Assembly: GCA_963657885.1 (NCBI GenBank)
Contig: CAVKNZ010000002.1
Span: forward strand, 3,775-67,774
From: Bacteroidaceae bacterium
GTDB lineage: Bacteria; Bacillota_I; Bacilli_A; RFN20; CAG-826
Reading direction: 5' to 3'
DNA length: 64,000 nt
Shown here: positions 38,845 through 48,882 of the stretch, in pieces
Numbering within the stretch: position 1 is the first letter of the stretch
Layout of the letters: each line of letters starts with the position of its first letter
Notes under the pieces: model-generated
What the model was told of the DNA's origin: nothing
Database searches by the model: none
Seen by the model: only the letters and a program-made list of their open reading frames with translations
Program-made: the position numbers and the translations under genes

Positions 38845-39846
38845 ATGAAAACACTTATTTATTTCCAAGATGCTGACACCATTAAAACTAGCGGAATCGG
38901 CAGGGCGATGAGCCATCAATTAGAAGCACTTAAAGATGTAGGCGTTGAAACAACTACTAATAAAAAAGACAGTTACGATATCGCTCACATCAATACGTAT
39001 TGGGGCAAATCTCACCGAGCCTTAAAACTTGCTAAGAAACGTGGCGTTCCTGTCATCGTTCACGGACACAGTTCCTTTGAAGATTTTCGAAATTCTTTTA
39101 GATGTTGGAAACTTGTTGCTCCCATTTATAACCATCAATTGAGATATATGTATTCTCGTGCAGATTTAGTCATTGCTCCAACTCCATATGCTAGAGATTT
39201 AATTTCCAGATATGGTTTAACTAAAAAAGTTATTGATATTTCTAATGGCATCGACATCAAAGGCTATCAAAAAAATGATGAATGGGTGAGAAAGTTTAAA
39301 GAAAAATTCGATATTAAAGAAAATGAAAAATTCGTCATGGGCGTTGGTTTTCCTTTTGAAAGAAAAGGAATCATCGATTTCTTTGAAGTCGCTAAAAGCT
39401 TTCCAGATATTAAATTTATTTGGTTTGGCCACTTAGCTAAAATTTTAACTAATTCGAAGATTTTAAAAGCTATTAAGCATAAACCTAAAAATGTTATTAT
39501 GCCTGGTTATTGTAAGGGTGAACTTATTAAAGGCGCTTATCAAAGTGCGACTTGCCTCTTTTTTCCTAGCTATGAAGAAACGGAAGGCATTGTAACTTTA
39601 GAAGCGCTTGCCTCACATTGTCCGTTGGTGGTTCGCGACATTGGAGTTTATTCGCCTTGGCTAAAAGATAACGTTAATGCTCATTTATGCAAAAATAATG
39701 ATGATTTCATCAATACTATTTCTCATTTATTAGAAAATGGAGAAGATGAAGAAATTCTTAAAAATGGTTATGAAACCGCCCTTGAAAGAGACTTACCAAA
39801 AATTGGTGAGAAATTAAAAGAAGCGTATCAAAGTTTGCTTAAATAA
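38845..39846 (+). CDS. GT4-family glycosyltransferase (possible glycolipid synthase)
   Basis: 333 aa. GT-B layout with the C-terminal EETEGIVTLEALA motif (E-x7-E type). Confidence 0.75.
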   Translation: MKTLIYFQDADTIKTSGIGRAMSHQLEALKDVGVETTTNKKDSYDIAHINTYWGKSHRALKLAKKRGVPVIVHGHSSFEDFRNSFRCWKLVAPIYNHQLRYMYSRADLVIAPTPYARDLISRYGLTKKVIDISNGIDIKGYQKNDEWVRKFKEKFDIKENEKFVMGVGFPFERKGIIDFFEVAKSFPDIKFIWFGHLAKILTNSKILKAIKHKPKNVIMPGYCKGELIKGAYQSATCLFFPSYEETEGIVTLEALASHCPLVVRDIGVYSPWLKDNVNAHLCKNNDDFINTISHLLENGEDEEILKNGYETALERDLPKIGEKLKEAYQSLLK

Positions 39847-39847
39847 A

Positions 39848-40978
39848 TTAGCCAATTATTTCTTTCCACTTATTTAGAATTGGCTCATCGCCAAGTCTTT
39901 TTGAGGAATTGTAAGCTTTTATTTTTAATTCTTTAAGTGCATCACGATTACTTAAAACCTCGATGATTTTATCACCATAATCTTTTGGGTCACGACTTTT
40001 GATGATATAACCACCTTCTTTGTCGATAAGCGCTTCATGAATTGGACCAGCCCAAAATGATGTTATTACAGGTAAACTTGAGGCATTGGCTTCACTTAAA
40101 ACAAGGCCAAAACCTTCATACGTTGAGGTACAAAGTAGTAAATCGCTATTTAAATAGTCTGTTTGAGCGGTGCTATGATGGGTGATGATTTTTACTTCAT
40201 CTAAATGATTTTCTTTTTGAAATTCTCGCATCTTAATTTCTAGATGCCCTTCGCCATACATTATTAAATTAAATTTAAATTGTTTATCATGAAGATATTT
40301 AGCAATCTTTAAAGCGAGCATTGGATCTTTTTGTTCGGTAAATCTTCCAACAAATAAAAGTGAATTATTATGAAACTCCACTGATTCGACAGGCTTAAAT
40401 TTAATTGGATTATAGACATATGTTGTTTTACCTATTAACTTTTTATTTTTCTTTAAAACTTCTTCCTCTGTTTTCTTAGCTAAAAAGATATATTTTTCAG
40501 GCTTTACAGAATGATGGAAGCCAAAGCGATTAACAAATGAAAAGAAATAGGATGAATTGAAGTGAAAATGAAAGAAAACTTGTCGATCTTTTGGAGCGAA
40601 AAGATACGAATCTAGAGCACTTCCGATGTAAATATCATCTTTGTCCATCATGTTTTGGATTATTTTCCGATATTTTCTTTTTTTGTAAAAATAAGTGGAA
40701 ATTGTTTTATGAAGAAGCTTTAAAAAACTCCATATTTTAAATTTCTTTAAACACAATAAAGAAAATTGATCAAATCGAGAAACCTCGGGGTCAATATTTA
40801 AGCAATGGATGTGAATTCTTTTATCTATTGGATATGAGATTTCCGATTCTTTATATTTAGATGAACATATTAGATGAATTTCGTAATAATCCGTTAGAAG
40901 GTTCATTATTTTTATAGATATAGTCTCGGTTCCTCCGATGCCTACAAGATTTTGAATGCCCCAAAAGATTTTTTTCAT
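39848..40978 (-). CDS. GT4-family glycosyltransferase
   Basis: 376 aa. YEGFGLVLSEANA motif. Convergent with 38845-39846, 1-nt gap. Confidence 0.75.
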   Translation of the reverse strand: MKKIFWGIQNLVGIGGTETISIKIMNLLTDYYEIHLICSSKYKESEISYPIDKRIHIHCLNIDPEVSRFDQFSLLCLKKFKIWSFLKLLHKTISTYFYKKRKYRKIIQNMMDKDDIYIGSALDSYLFAPKDRQVFFHFHFNSSYFFSFVNRFGFHHSVKPEKYIFLAKKTEEEVLKKNKKLIGKTTYVYNPIKFKPVESVEFHNNSLLFVGRFTEQKDPMLALKIAKYLHDKQFKFNLIMYGEGHLEIKMREFQKENHLDEVKIITHHSTAQTDYLNSDLLLCTSTYEGFGLVLSEANASSLPVITSFWAGPIHEALIDKEGGYIIKSRDPKDYGDKIIEVLSNRDALKELKIKAYNSSKRLGDEPILNKWKEIIG

Positions 40979-41095
40979 AATGAAATTATCGCATGAAAGT
41001 TCGATTATATCTAATCTAGTAAGAAAAGTGATGATGAGCTCTCTATAAAAGCGCTTTCTTTTATGCTATATTATGTAGTTGTTTGGAGGTCTAAA

Positions 41096-41641
41096 ATGAA
41101 CATTTGGCATCGAGTAGATCCTAAAAGGATTTCCCCTGAATCATTTCTTGCTTGCATTGAAATATCTAAAGGCAGCAAAAATAAATATGAATTAGATAAA
41201 TATTCTGGCGCGCTTTATCTAGACCGCATTTTATATACATCCACCCATTATCCGCAGAATTATGGCTTTATTCCGCGCACATTAGCCGATGATGGTGATG
41301 CGCTTGACGTGTTAGTTATTGCCAGTGAAGAAATCGTCCCTCTTGCGATTGTCGATTGCTATCCTATCGGCATCTTAGAGATGATTGATGGAGGTAGCAA
41401 AGACGCAAAAATACTTGCTATTTGCAAAAACGACCCTGTTTTTAATTGCTTTGAAGATATTAAAAATATTCCTGATCACATACTTTTAGAAATTAAGCAC
41501 TTTTTCTCGGTTTATAAAGAACTTGAAGGAAAGCAAACAGTGGTTAATAAAATCCATGGCAAAGCTAAAGCTATGGAAGTTATTCAAAAATGCATCGATG
41601 CCTACACTGATAGATATGGTGATGGCTCTAAATATTATTAA
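41096..41641 (+). CDS. ppa: family I inorganic diphosphatase
   Basis: 181 aa. KNKYELDK and DGDALDVLV acidic-cluster motifs. GGAGG SD before ATG 41096. Confidence 0.9.
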   Translation: MNIWHRVDPKRISPESFLACIEISKGSKNKYELDKYSGALYLDRILYTSTHYPQNYGFIPRTLADDGDALDVLVIASEEIVPLAIVDCYPIGILEMIDGGSKDAKILAICKNDPVFNCFEDIKNIPDHILLEIKHFFSVYKELEGKQTVVNKIHGKAKAMEVIQKCIDAYTDRYGDGSKYY

Positions 41642-42392
41642 GTTTATCTTTGGCGATTTCTAAAAAGATTGCCTTTTTATCTTTTTGATACGAATGTTTG
41701 GCCCAATAGTACCAAAGCACATTTTCAAAGCGGATCATCGTATATATTTCTTCTAAAGGATAATTAAATTTACTTACTACATATTTTATCGCATCAACTG
41801 AAGCATAGTTGTTTTCGCTTAGAAGGCTAGCGATATCGAATAATTCGATATTGTTTCCTGAATATTCATAATCTAATAGGTAGGCTTTATCATCTTTAAA
41901 AAGAATATTTCCTTTAACTAAATCGTTATGAGAAAAGCATTGAGGATATTTCTTATATAGCTCTTTCGCTTTTTTAATGATTTCTTTTTCTTTTTTTGGA
42001 TCAATTTCAGATTCTATTTCCTTTTTGTAATAGTTAATTCTTTTAAAGGCCTTGAAGGAAAAATTAACTTTTACTTCTTTATGAATTGTTTTGATTATAT
42101 CGATGATTAAATCAAATTCTTCCTTCTTCCATTCTGAAGAAAGTCTTGTGGTGTTTTCAATGTAAAGTGATAGCTTTCTGCCAGTTAATTTATCGTAGTC
42201 AATTACTAGTTCGCTAAATGGAAATTTTTGAACTTTTTTAATGGCTATTGCTTCATTTTTAGCTTTATTAAAAATATCATCTTTTCCTTTTTTATCGCGG
42301 TAGACATATTTATTTTCAACTAAATAGGATTCGTTGGTGATTCCTTCATTTAGCAAAATAGCATTTTTTATGGAAATATCTTTGATTTTCAT
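41628..42392 (-). CDS. choline/ethanolamine kinase-like phosphotransferase (APH fold)
   Basis: Brenner-type motif FSHNDLVKGNIL and LLDYEYSGNN. Confidence 0.7.
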   Translation of the reverse strand: MKIKDISIKNAILLNEGITNESYLVENKYVYRDKKGKDDIFNKAKNEAIAIKKVQKFPFSELVIDYDKLTGRKLSLYIENTTRLSSEWKKEEFDLIIDIIKTIHKEVKVNFSFKAFKRINYYKKEIESEIDPKKEKEIIKKAKELYKKYPQCFSHNDLVKGNILFKDDKAYLLDYEYSGNNIELFDIASLLSENNYASVDAIKYVVSKFNYPLEEIYTMIRFENVLWYYWAKHSYQKDKKAIFLEIAKDKLNNI

Positions 42393-42418
42393 CGCTCTAA
42401 TTATATTATGTGTTAGTT

Positions 42419-42919
42419 ATGATTCACATTATTTTATATCATCCTGAGATGCCGATGAATACTGGCAACATTCTTCGAACTGCGATGGCCACAAATTCAA
42501 TTGTTCACATCATCGGGCCATTGCCTTTTACATTAGATGATAAATCATTAAAAAGAGCAGGAATGGATTATTTATTAGCTGCAAAATATATTTATTATTC
42601 AACTTACGAAGAATTTAATGACAAATTTAAAGATAAAACTATCTACTACGTTACAAAATATGGGACACGTCTTTATTCTGATGTCGATTTTAGCGATATA
42701 AGTGAAGATGTTTATGTGATGTTTGGTAACGAATCAACAGGCATCGATAAAGAACTTCTTCATCAGAAGCGTGATTTCACGCTAAGAATTCCAATGCTTT
42801 CTACAGCGAGAAGTCTAAATTTAGCTAATTCAGTTGCAATTGTTGTCTATGAGATACTTAGACAGAAAAAGTATCCATCATTAGCTACTTTTGACATGAT
42901 TCATAAATATAAAATTTAA
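42419..42919 (+). CDS. trmL: tRNA (cytidine/uridine-34 2'-O)-methyltransferase, SpoU/TrmL type
   Basis: IILYHPEMPMNTGNILRT N-terminus and KRAGMDY, about 166 aa. Confidence 0.8.
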   Translation: MIHIILYHPEMPMNTGNILRTAMATNSIVHIIGPLPFTLDDKSLKRAGMDYLLAAKYIYYSTYEEFNDKFKDKTIYYVTKYGTRLYSDVDFSDISEDVYVMFGNESTGIDKELLHQKRDFTLRIPMLSTARSLNLANSVAIVVYEILRQKKYPSLATFDMIHKYKI

Positions 42920-44211
42920 TTATCTCTAACTGCAGTTAGATATATTTTTTTAGCTTCTTCACTTATTCTATTGATTTTAAAAGATGAATAATTTTTTAAG
43001 ATAGCTTCTCCTAAAGTTTTTCCTCGACGAACGTTTTTCTTTTTTGTAATAGAAATGATTCCATCGTTTACTTTAGAAAGTAGACAAGCAAGTTCACCTG
43101 CTAGTTGGATTTCTTTTTCAGTGGCCTTTTTATTAGCGATTACAATGTGTGAACCACTTAAATTTTTGATGTGGAGCCAACTAAATTCACGGTCAAGCTT
43201 TTTAACGAAAGAGAGATAATCATTTTGACTGGCGTTTTTGCCAAAATAGATGATGGTTCCGTTGAAATTTATTTTGTATGGCTTATTAAATGGGGTTTCT
43301 TTAATTTCGCATTTCTTTTTAAAGAAGTTGCTTTCCAAAATTATTTTTTCTTTTTCTTTTTCGCTATTTGCTAAATTAAAAGCGTTTAAAAGATTTTGAT
43401 AATTATTTAATTCTTCTTTAGCCCGCGCAATATTTTCATCGCTTAAGCGAATCGTTTCTTTAGCTTTTTTAGCTAATTTAAAGAAATTATCGATATTTTC
43501 TTTTAACCTTTTTGATTCGTCGAGCTCAATTATTTTTCCGTTTATTTCTATTTCTTTATAATGGGATTTTAAATCGAGATTTAAGCAATAGATTTCATTT
43601 GCATAGTCGGTGTATTTTAAATTTCCCAAGGCTTTATTTTTATCTAAGAGAATGTTTTCTATTTTCTTATTTGCTCGTTTTATTTTTCCTTTTAGAAAAG
43701 TAGTAAAGTAAGCATATTTTTCTTTTTCGCGAATTGCTATTTCATTTTCAAAATGTTTCTTCTTTTCACTATCGTTTAAACATTTTATATGTGATGGTTT
43801 CGTATCTTTTATTGATTGATTGTCCTCATCTTTATGGAAGCAATCAATTACGTAGTCATCTTCTTTGAGATAGAGGTTTGTCTTATAAGGAACAAGTTTA
43901 AGCAATAAATATTTATTCGAATTTAGAAAAGACATTTTTAAAACCGCTGATTCATCAATTGCTTCAACCTTTAATATAGTGCTTCCTTTTATTTCTTTTC
44001 TTAGATTATCAAGCAAGTTTGATTCGAAGGAAGAATAGAATTCAGTTTTATCTAACAGATAGATATTTGGATCTAAGTGGTTTAAAGAGACAATGAATTT
44101 TTTCTCTTCTTCATTAAAAAGGAACATAAAAGTTCTTTTGTTTATCAAAATTATGTTATCTATTGTCTTATCTTTTAGATCTTGATTTATTGCCTTTAAT
44201 AACTCATTCAT
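42916..44211 (-). CDS. NFACT-family protein (short RqcH/FbpA-like)
   Basis: 431 aa. NFACT-N-like N-terminus, coiled-coil middle, DUF814/NFACT-R motif SWLHIKNLSGSHIVI. Confidence 0.65.
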   Translation of the reverse strand: MNELLKAINQDLKDKTIDNIILINKRTFMFLFNEEEKKFIVSLNHLDPNIYLLDKTEFYSSFESNLLDNLRKEIKGSTILKVEAIDESAVLKMSFLNSNKYLLLKLVPYKTNLYLKEDDYVIDCFHKDEDNQSIKDTKPSHIKCLNDSEKKKHFENEIAIREKEKYAYFTTFLKGKIKRANKKIENILLDKNKALGNLKYTDYANEIYCLNLDLKSHYKEIEINGKIIELDESKRLKENIDNFFKLAKKAKETIRLSDENIARAKEELNNYQNLLNAFNLANSEKEKEKIILESNFFKKKCEIKETPFNKPYKINFNGTIIYFGKNASQNDYLSFVKKLDREFSWLHIKNLSGSHIVIANKKATEKEIQLAGELACLLSKVNDGIISITKKKNVRRGKTLGEAILKNYSSFKINRISEEAKKIYLTAVRDN

Positions 44212-44333
44212 AACTGCATCTAGATTATAGAAAAAAATTTATTGTTATTCTATCGTGGCTATTTTTTAGCATTGAATATGAGTTAGAAAAATGAAACTTA
44301 GTCTCAAACATCATAGATGAGTTGTTTTTCTCG

Positions 44334-44362
44334 TGGCGTTTTCTTCTCTAATGTTTGATAAT
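44334..44362 (+). promoter_or_regulatory. putative gmk promoter (leaderless geometry)
   Basis: TGGCGT, 17-nt spacer, GATAAT (44357-44362), then 7 nt to the ATG with no SD. Confidence 0.4.
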
Positions 44363-44369
44363 TGTAGAT

Positions 44370-44942
44370 ATGAAACGCGGATTACTTATTATTATGTCCG
44401 GCCCTAGTGGAGTCGGCAAAGGCACGGTTCGCCTTGAACTTGTAAAAGATAAATCTTTAAATCTTTTTTACAGTGTTTCAATGACCACGAGGAGCCCTAG
44501 AGCTAATGAAGTCGATGGCTCAGATTATTATTTTGTTTCAAAAGAAGAATTTGATAAGCAAATTAAAGAAGGCAATCTTCTTGAATGGGCTGAATTTGTT
44601 GGTAATAAATATGGCACACCTAAAGATAAGGTGGACGCGAAACGTAGTGAAGGCAAAAATGTTTTGCTAGAAATCGAAGTGAATGGCACATCTCAACTTT
44701 TAGAAAAACTTAAAGGCGACAAAGATGTTGTCTCAATTTATATAATGCCTCCATCGTTAGAAGAGCTAGAAAATCGCATTCGTGGTAGATCAAGCGAATC
44801 TGATGAAATCATTAAAAAACGATTAGCAAGAGCGAAAGAAGAATTAAAACTTAAAGATCAATATGAATACGCAGTGGTAAACGATGATTTAGCTACATGC
44901 GTTAATAAAATTAAAGAGATCATCTTTTCTAGGATGAAATAA
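44370..44942 (+). CDS. gmk: guanylate kinase
   Basis: P-loop GPSGVGKGT, 190 aa. Confidence 0.95.
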   Translation: MKRGLLIIMSGPSGVGKGTVRLELVKDKSLNLFYSVSMTTRSPRANEVDGSDYYFVSKEEFDKQIKEGNLLEWAEFVGNKYGTPKDKVDAKRSEGKNVLLEIEVNGTSQLLEKLKGDKDVVSIYIMPPSLEELENRIRGRSSESDEIIKKRLARAKEELKLKDQYEYAVVNDDLATCVNKIKEIIFSRMK

Positions 44943-44949
44943 ATTTTAT

Positions 44950-47145
44950 ATGAGACTACTCGAAGTATTAATTGAACGGAAAGTCCAGTCTCTTAACCGC
45001 TCGTTCACTTACGCATATTTAGGTGAGAAGAATATCGATAAAGGTTTTCGTGTTCTTCTTCCTTTTAACAATAAGCAGATTATTGGCTACGTAATAAGTG
45101 TTGAAGCTAGTGATAAAAGCAAAGAAGAAATTGAAAAAGAAAAAGGTTATAAGATTAATTTTATCGATGATGTGCTAGATGATAAGCCCTTATTGAATGA
45201 GGAATTGATGAATTTAGCCAATGAAATTAGCGAGTATTATCTTTCGCCTTTAATTGCTGTTCTTCAAGCAATGCTTCCTAAATCGCTTAAACCGGCATCT
45301 TCATCTTTAAAAGGTCCAAAAATTGCTTATGAGCAATACCTTCATTTAGAAGATGATAAGGAAGATGATTTAACAAGTAAACAAATCGAACTTATTCGTC
45401 TATTAAAAGATAATGGCGATATTTTAAAGCGCGACTATAAAAGCATTTCAGTTGTAAACAAGTTGCTTGAATTGAAAAAAATTTCAATTAAAAAGGTCGA
45501 GAAGAATCGTTTAGTTTTTCCTTCTATTAGCGAAGAAAAGCCTAAGAAATTGACCCCAGATCAGTTAAAAGCAATCGATGAAATTTTAAAAAGTGAGAAG
45601 ATGGTATCGCTCCTTCAAGGTGTGACTGGTTCAGGAAAAACTGAGGTTTATTTAAGCTTATCCGAGCATTATCTAAACGAAAATCGAAACGTTTTGATGC
45701 TCGTTCCTGAAATTGCTTTAACTCCAGTTATGGTCGCTTATTTTAAAAGACGTTTCAAAAGTGATGTTGCCATTCTTCATAGCGAGCTTACTGATGCGGA
45801 AAAATACGATGAATATCGCCGCATCTCAAGAGGCGACTGTCGAATTGTCGTTGGGGCTAGAAGCGCAATTTTTGCACCTTTAGAAAACATTGGTCTCATC
45901 ATTTTAGATGAAGAACATGTTGAATCTTATAAGCAAGATAGCCTTCCTTATTATCACGCTAGAGAAGTGGCGTTGATGAGAGCAAAACACTATCAAAGCA
46001 AAGTCGTTTTAGGAAGCGCCACTCCATCGCTAGAAAGCAAAGCTCGCGCGGTAAAAGGCGTTTATAATTATGCTCATCTAGATAAGCGTATCAATCAACG
46101 AGAACTACCGGAAACGCACATCGTTGATATGTCAAAAGCTAAGAATTTAACGCGACTTTCTTACATGTTTAGCGAAGAACTTATATCTTCTCTTCGTGAA
46201 GTTTTATCTAGAAAAGAACAAGCAATTTTGCTTATCAATCGACGCGGTTTTTCTGGCTATATAACTTGTCGAAATTGTGGACATATGGCGGTTTGTCCAA
46301 ACTGTGGAATCGCTTTAACTTATCACAAAAAAGACAACATGCTTAAATGCCATCACTGCGGTTATGTTGAAGTTGCTAGCGACACTTGTCCTGAATGTGG
46401 TTCACATTTCCTTTCTCATGGAGGTTTTGGAACTGAACGCATCGAGCAAGAAGTTAAGAAAATATTTCCTGAGGCACGAACTATTCGTCTCGATAGCGAT
46501 ATCGGGCAAGTGAGAAACAATATTCAAAAAACTTTGACATCTTTTGCTAATCAAGAAGCTGATATTCTCGTTGGCACCCAGATGATCGCTAAAGGTCACG
46601 ATTTTCCCAATGTCACCTTAGTTGGTGTCGTTTTAGCCGACATTGGTCTATCGATTCCTTCTTTTAGATCGAGTGAAAGAGTTTTTGAACTTATTACTCA
46701 AGCGGTCGGTCGGAGCGGAAGAGCTAATAAAGTTGGAAAAGCGATAATTCAAACTTACAATCCATATCATTACGCGATTAGATACGCTTCAAAGCAGGAT
46801 TATGAATCATTTTTCAAGCAAGAAATGGCGGTTAGAAAACTTAGATTGTGCCCACCCTATCGATATTTAATAAGCGCGGAATTATCTAGCAAAGATGAAG
46901 CACTTCTTAGTTCTACTGCCTTAGAAATTGCTCAAGAGATTGAGAACAATAAATTTGAAGATGTTATCCTCATTGGACCTGTAACGCCTTTCATCGCTTT
47001 TGAAAGAGATCATCATGTTAGAGTTATTTTAATAAAATACAAAAATAGTGATAAAATTAAACCGTATCTTGAGTCGCTGTTAGTTAGAATGAAATCTAAC
47101 TATCAAATTGACATCAGGATAAATGTAGACCCATATAATTATTGA
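44950..47145 (+). CDS. priA: primosomal replication protein N' (helicase)
   Basis: Walker A GVTGSGKT, DEEH box, Cys-rich zinc region CRNCGH..CPNCG..CHHCG..CPECG. Confidence 0.95.
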   Translation: MRLLEVLIERKVQSLNRSFTYAYLGEKNIDKGFRVLLPFNNKQIIGYVISVEASDKSKEEIEKEKGYKINFIDDVLDDKPLLNEELMNLANEISEYYLSPLIAVLQAMLPKSLKPASSSLKGPKIAYEQYLHLEDDKEDDLTSKQIELIRLLKDNGDILKRDYKSISVVNKLLELKKISIKKVEKNRLVFPSISEEKPKKLTPDQLKAIDEILKSEKMVSLLQGVTGSGKTEVYLSLSEHYLNENRNVLMLVPEIALTPVMVAYFKRRFKSDVAILHSELTDAEKYDEYRRISRGDCRIVVGARSAIFAPLENIGLIILDEEHVESYKQDSLPYYHAREVALMRAKHYQSKVVLGSATPSLESKARAVKGVYNYAHLDKRINQRELPETHIVDMSKAKNLTRLSYMFSEELISSLREVLSRKEQAILLINRRGFSGYITCRNCGHMAVCPNCGIALTYHKKDNMLKCHHCGYVEVASDTCPECGSHFLSHGGFGTERIEQEVKKIFPEARTIRLDSDIGQVRNNIQKTLTSFANQEADILVGTQMIAKGHDFPNVTLVGVVLADIGLSIPSFRSSERVFELITQAVGRSGRANKVGKAIIQTYNPYHYAIRYASKQDYESFFKQEMAVRKLRLCPPYRYLISAELSSKDEALLSSTALEIAQEIENNKFEDVILIGPVTPFIAFERDHHVRVILIKYKNSDKIKPYLESLLVRMKSNYQIDIRINVDPYNY

Positions 47146-47164
47146 GAGATAGGAGATAAAAATT

Positions 47165-47623
47165 ATGATTACAATCGATATCCTTGGACTAGATCAATAT
47201 GTGACTGGCACTTATTCAAAAAACCATAGTAAAAATCTCGCCTCTTTATTTGAAACTAGCGTTGATGACATATCTTTTTACGCACCTAATTCTTACATCT
47301 TCCACGAAGGCGTCGAACAAACAAGTTGGAATACAATTGTCCGTATTCACGCCCCAGAAAGATACGTCATTTTTGAGAAAAAAGTTGCCAAATATATATT
47401 AGAAACATTGAAGGAATTCGCGATTAATATTTCTATCGAATTTTATTATTATGAATCAGAACATCGCTATGCTTATAATAACGACAAATATCCTCATTTT
47501 TTAAGTGATGACAATCTGGTTAATGTTGAAGAAGAAACATTAGAAGATGGTGAAGAACTTTATGAGGGTAATATATTCGAAGATTTCGAAAAGAAACTTG
47601 AGGAAGCAAAAAAGAATAAATAG
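47165..47623 (+). CDS. hypothetical protein with acidic C-terminal tail
   Basis: 152 aa. AGGAG SD. Occupies the slot where def-fmt sit in Bacillus. No motif recognised (possibly DUF1904-like, unverified). Confidence 0.55.
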   Translation: MITIDILGLDQYVTGTYSKNHSKNLASLFETSVDDISFYAPNSYIFHEGVEQTSWNTIVRIHAPERYVIFEKKVAKYILETLKEFAINISIEFYYYESEHRYAYNNDKYPHFLSDDNLVNVEEETLEDGEELYEGNIFEDFEKKLEEAKKNK

Positions 47624-47634
47624 AGGTGATTGTG

Positions 47635-48882
47635 ATGAAAGAATTAACACTTGCTCGCGACGGATTGGTCAAAATAGTTAATGAGGATGTAACTTTTAAA
47701 AAAGTTCTCAAGCTGCTATTTCCTCGCAATAGCCAAGACAAAAAATATTTAAGTTCAGTATCTTCGCTTTTAGGATGCGAACTTCGTCATCATCTTTTAT
47801 TTACTGAACTTCTCAAAAGTGAAGAAAATTTAACGCCTGAAGAAGACGCTTTAACTAGACTTGCTTTAGCAAATCATATGTTTTTACATCGACTTGAAGA
47901 AGATAAAGTTCTCGACTTTGTTAAAGAAAATCTAAAAGAGAAATATAGCCAAAATTTAGAAAAACTATTCTCATTTAAAGGCTCGGTTTCAGAAATTATC
48001 GACATCGATCATTCTTCGGTTGAATATATTTCTGTTCGCTTTAATTCGCCGACATGGCTTATTAAAATGTGGAACAAACATTTTGGTAAAGGTTTAACTT
48101 TTAAAACTTTAAAAGCTAATTCTTCACCGAGCCAAAATTATTATCGAATCGATGCGAAATTAAAAAATGAAGAACCATTTTCTGATTATTCAAAGTTTGT
48201 TCCAACTGACGTAGAAGATGTTTATAAATATGTTGATAAAGAATCTATTAAGAAATTACCAGCATATCAAAACGGTTCTGTATTTTCTTTGAAGCCAGCC
48301 ATTAAAGCGGTGATTGATAAATATTACAATCCTCTTTTAAATGAATGTCTTCTTTATAGCGGAGAAGATGATGCGATTGTTAAAGAATTTTATCTTAGAA
48401 GTGAAGGAAAAACTGGCATTAATTTAGTAGTTCCTGATATCTCTAAAAGAGCGGAACTTCTTCGATTGATTCGCATGAATAATATTAAAAATATTAATAT
48501 GTTTATGGCTAATGATCCTATCGCCTATCAAACCGGTATCTCTCACGGTCAAGAATTGGTCACTATTTTCCCAACTTCTTCATCGTTATCTCGAATTCAA
48601 ATGTATCCTGATTATTTGCTCCATTTTAAAAGAGATTCTTTTGATGAATTAATTAAAAAGCAAAAAGAAGTTTTATCGGATTTATCTAAATTTGTTCTTC
48701 CTGGAGGAACACTTATATACATGGTTGATACTTTAAACAAGAAAGAGTCTTCCTCAATTGTGACTAATTTCTTGCTGGACAACACGTCATTTAGCTTAGT
48801 TGAAGAATTGCAGTTATTCCCATTTGAAAAGGAAAATAGCACTTTCTACTACGCTGTAATGAAAAAGGCGGATAATGATTAA
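47635..48882 (+). CDS. RsmB/Sun-like protein with degenerate methyltransferase motifs
   Basis: NusB-like N-terminus and RsmB-colinear core, but ECLLYSGEDDAIV replaces DxCAAPGGKT, IFPTSSS replaces DAPCS, and YMVDTLN replaces YSTCS. Confidence 0.6.
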   Translation: MKELTLARDGLVKIVNEDVTFKKVLKLLFPRNSQDKKYLSSVSSLLGCELRHHLLFTELLKSEENLTPEEDALTRLALANHMFLHRLEEDKVLDFVKENLKEKYSQNLEKLFSFKGSVSEIIDIDHSSVEYISVRFNSPTWLIKMWNKHFGKGLTFKTLKANSSPSQNYYRIDAKLKNEEPFSDYSKFVPTDVEDVYKYVDKESIKKLPAYQNGSVFSLKPAIKAVIDKYYNPLLNECLLYSGEDDAIVKEFYLRSEGKTGINLVVPDISKRAELLRLIRMNNIKNINMFMANDPIAYQTGISHGQELVTIFPTSSSLSRIQMYPDYLLHFKRDSFDELIKKQKEVLSDLSKFVLPGGTLIYMVDTLNKKESSSIVTNFLLDNTSFSLVEELQLFPFEKENSTFYYAVMKKADND

